Shown here: piece after piece, positions 31,964 through 32,000 of the stretch
Layout of the letters: each line of letters starts with the position of its first letter
Position numbering within the stretch: the stretch's first letter is position 1
Source of the DNA: Candidatus Iainarchaeum sp.
GTDB lineage: Archaea; Iainarchaeota; Iainarchaeia; Iainarchaeales; CSSED10-239
DNA length: 32,000 bases
NCBI GenBank assembly: GCA_937968065.1
Contig: CALBUD010000033.1
Coordinates: 632-32,631 of the forward strand
Reading direction: 5' to 3'
The notes under the pieces: generated by a model
Database searches by the model: none
What the model was told of the DNA's origin: nothing
What the model saw: only the letters and a program-made list of their open reading frames with translations
Made by a program: the position numbers and the translations under genes

Positions 31964-32000
31964 TATTATATATATATATTCATAAGATATATAAAGTTTT

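Noticed and set aside
1-32000. Known giant-adhesin or toxin repeat families: RTX GGxGxD nonapeptides, YD/Rhs repeats, cadherin-like DxNDN motifs, parallel beta-helix PbH1 repeats and PGF-CTERM or LPXTG sorting signals.
   Set aside because: I could not find these motifs in any of the six proteins by eye. The C-termini end in Cys loops, an acidic repeat or an unremarkable sequence rather than a sortase- or archaeosortase-type signal. An HMM search is still needed.
1-32000. A diversity-generating retroelement target or template repeat pair, which is common on surface proteins of DPANN and CPR organisms.
   Set aside because: There is no reverse transcriptase gene in the window. I saw no repeat of about 100 bp matching any gene's 3' end. 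It cannot be excluded without a self dot-plot and the flanking sequence.
1-32000. Viral (tail fibre or jumbo phage) or eukaryotic (AT-rich protist surface antigen) origin.
   Set aside because: There are no capsid, portal, terminase or polymerase-like genes. The genes are packed with 22-207 nt spacers, carry SD-like motifs and show no intron signatures. Membrane-anchor leaders and a prepilin-type N-terminus fit a cellular prokaryote. This is not formally excluded from 32 kb alone.
1-32000. A high density of N-x-S/T sequons as evidence of heavy N-glycosylation.
   Set aside because: The proteins are globally rich in Asn, Ser and Thr because of the AT-biased codon usage. Sequon frequency may therefore be compositional, and I cannot test enrichment without counting against a shuffled background.

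Overview
The window is strongly AT-rich and almost entirely coding, with every gene on the minus strand. By my coordinates only about 543 nt are non-coding. I call six genes. Four are giant paralogous surface proteins: 2677 aa, about 2341 aa, 1603 aa, and a partial of at least 2339 aa. The partial occupies 1..7019. The ORF track omits it because its stop codon lies beyond the left edge. Each giant has a conserved N-terminal leader, one TM anchor, a run of prealbumin/CarboxypepD_reg-like repeats, Cys-bracketed beta-sandwich-like modules and variable C-terminal modules. Among them sit a 558-aa protein with a type IV pilin-like (class III signal peptide-like) N-terminus and a 962-aa Sec-secreted protein. 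The 962-aa protein is a stand-alone copy of the C-terminal module of the giants. I recognise no enzymes, RNA genes, CRISPR arrays or mobile elements. The genetic code looks standard: TGA followed by TAA terminates the 558-aa gene. Several signals point to a low-GC archaeon. Internal genes carry SD-like motifs. Genes that follow long spacers have TATA-like boxes about 25 nt upstream and no SD. Oligo-T tracts follow the stops without hairpins. A DPANN-type episymbiont is most plausible, but a CPR bacterium or a low-GC methanogen is not excluded. The main candidate for a new system is the cluster itself, a multi-giant-protein plus pilin-like cell-surface or cell-cell contact apparatus. Its unusual sub-features are Q/N/Y-rich low-complexity loops inserted at a homologous site in two paralogs, internal Gly/Ala- or Cys-rich hydrophobic segments far from the N-terminal anchor, and a slippage-prone acidic tail repeat. 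All domain and homology statements are by-eye motif recognition and need HMM or structure searches.
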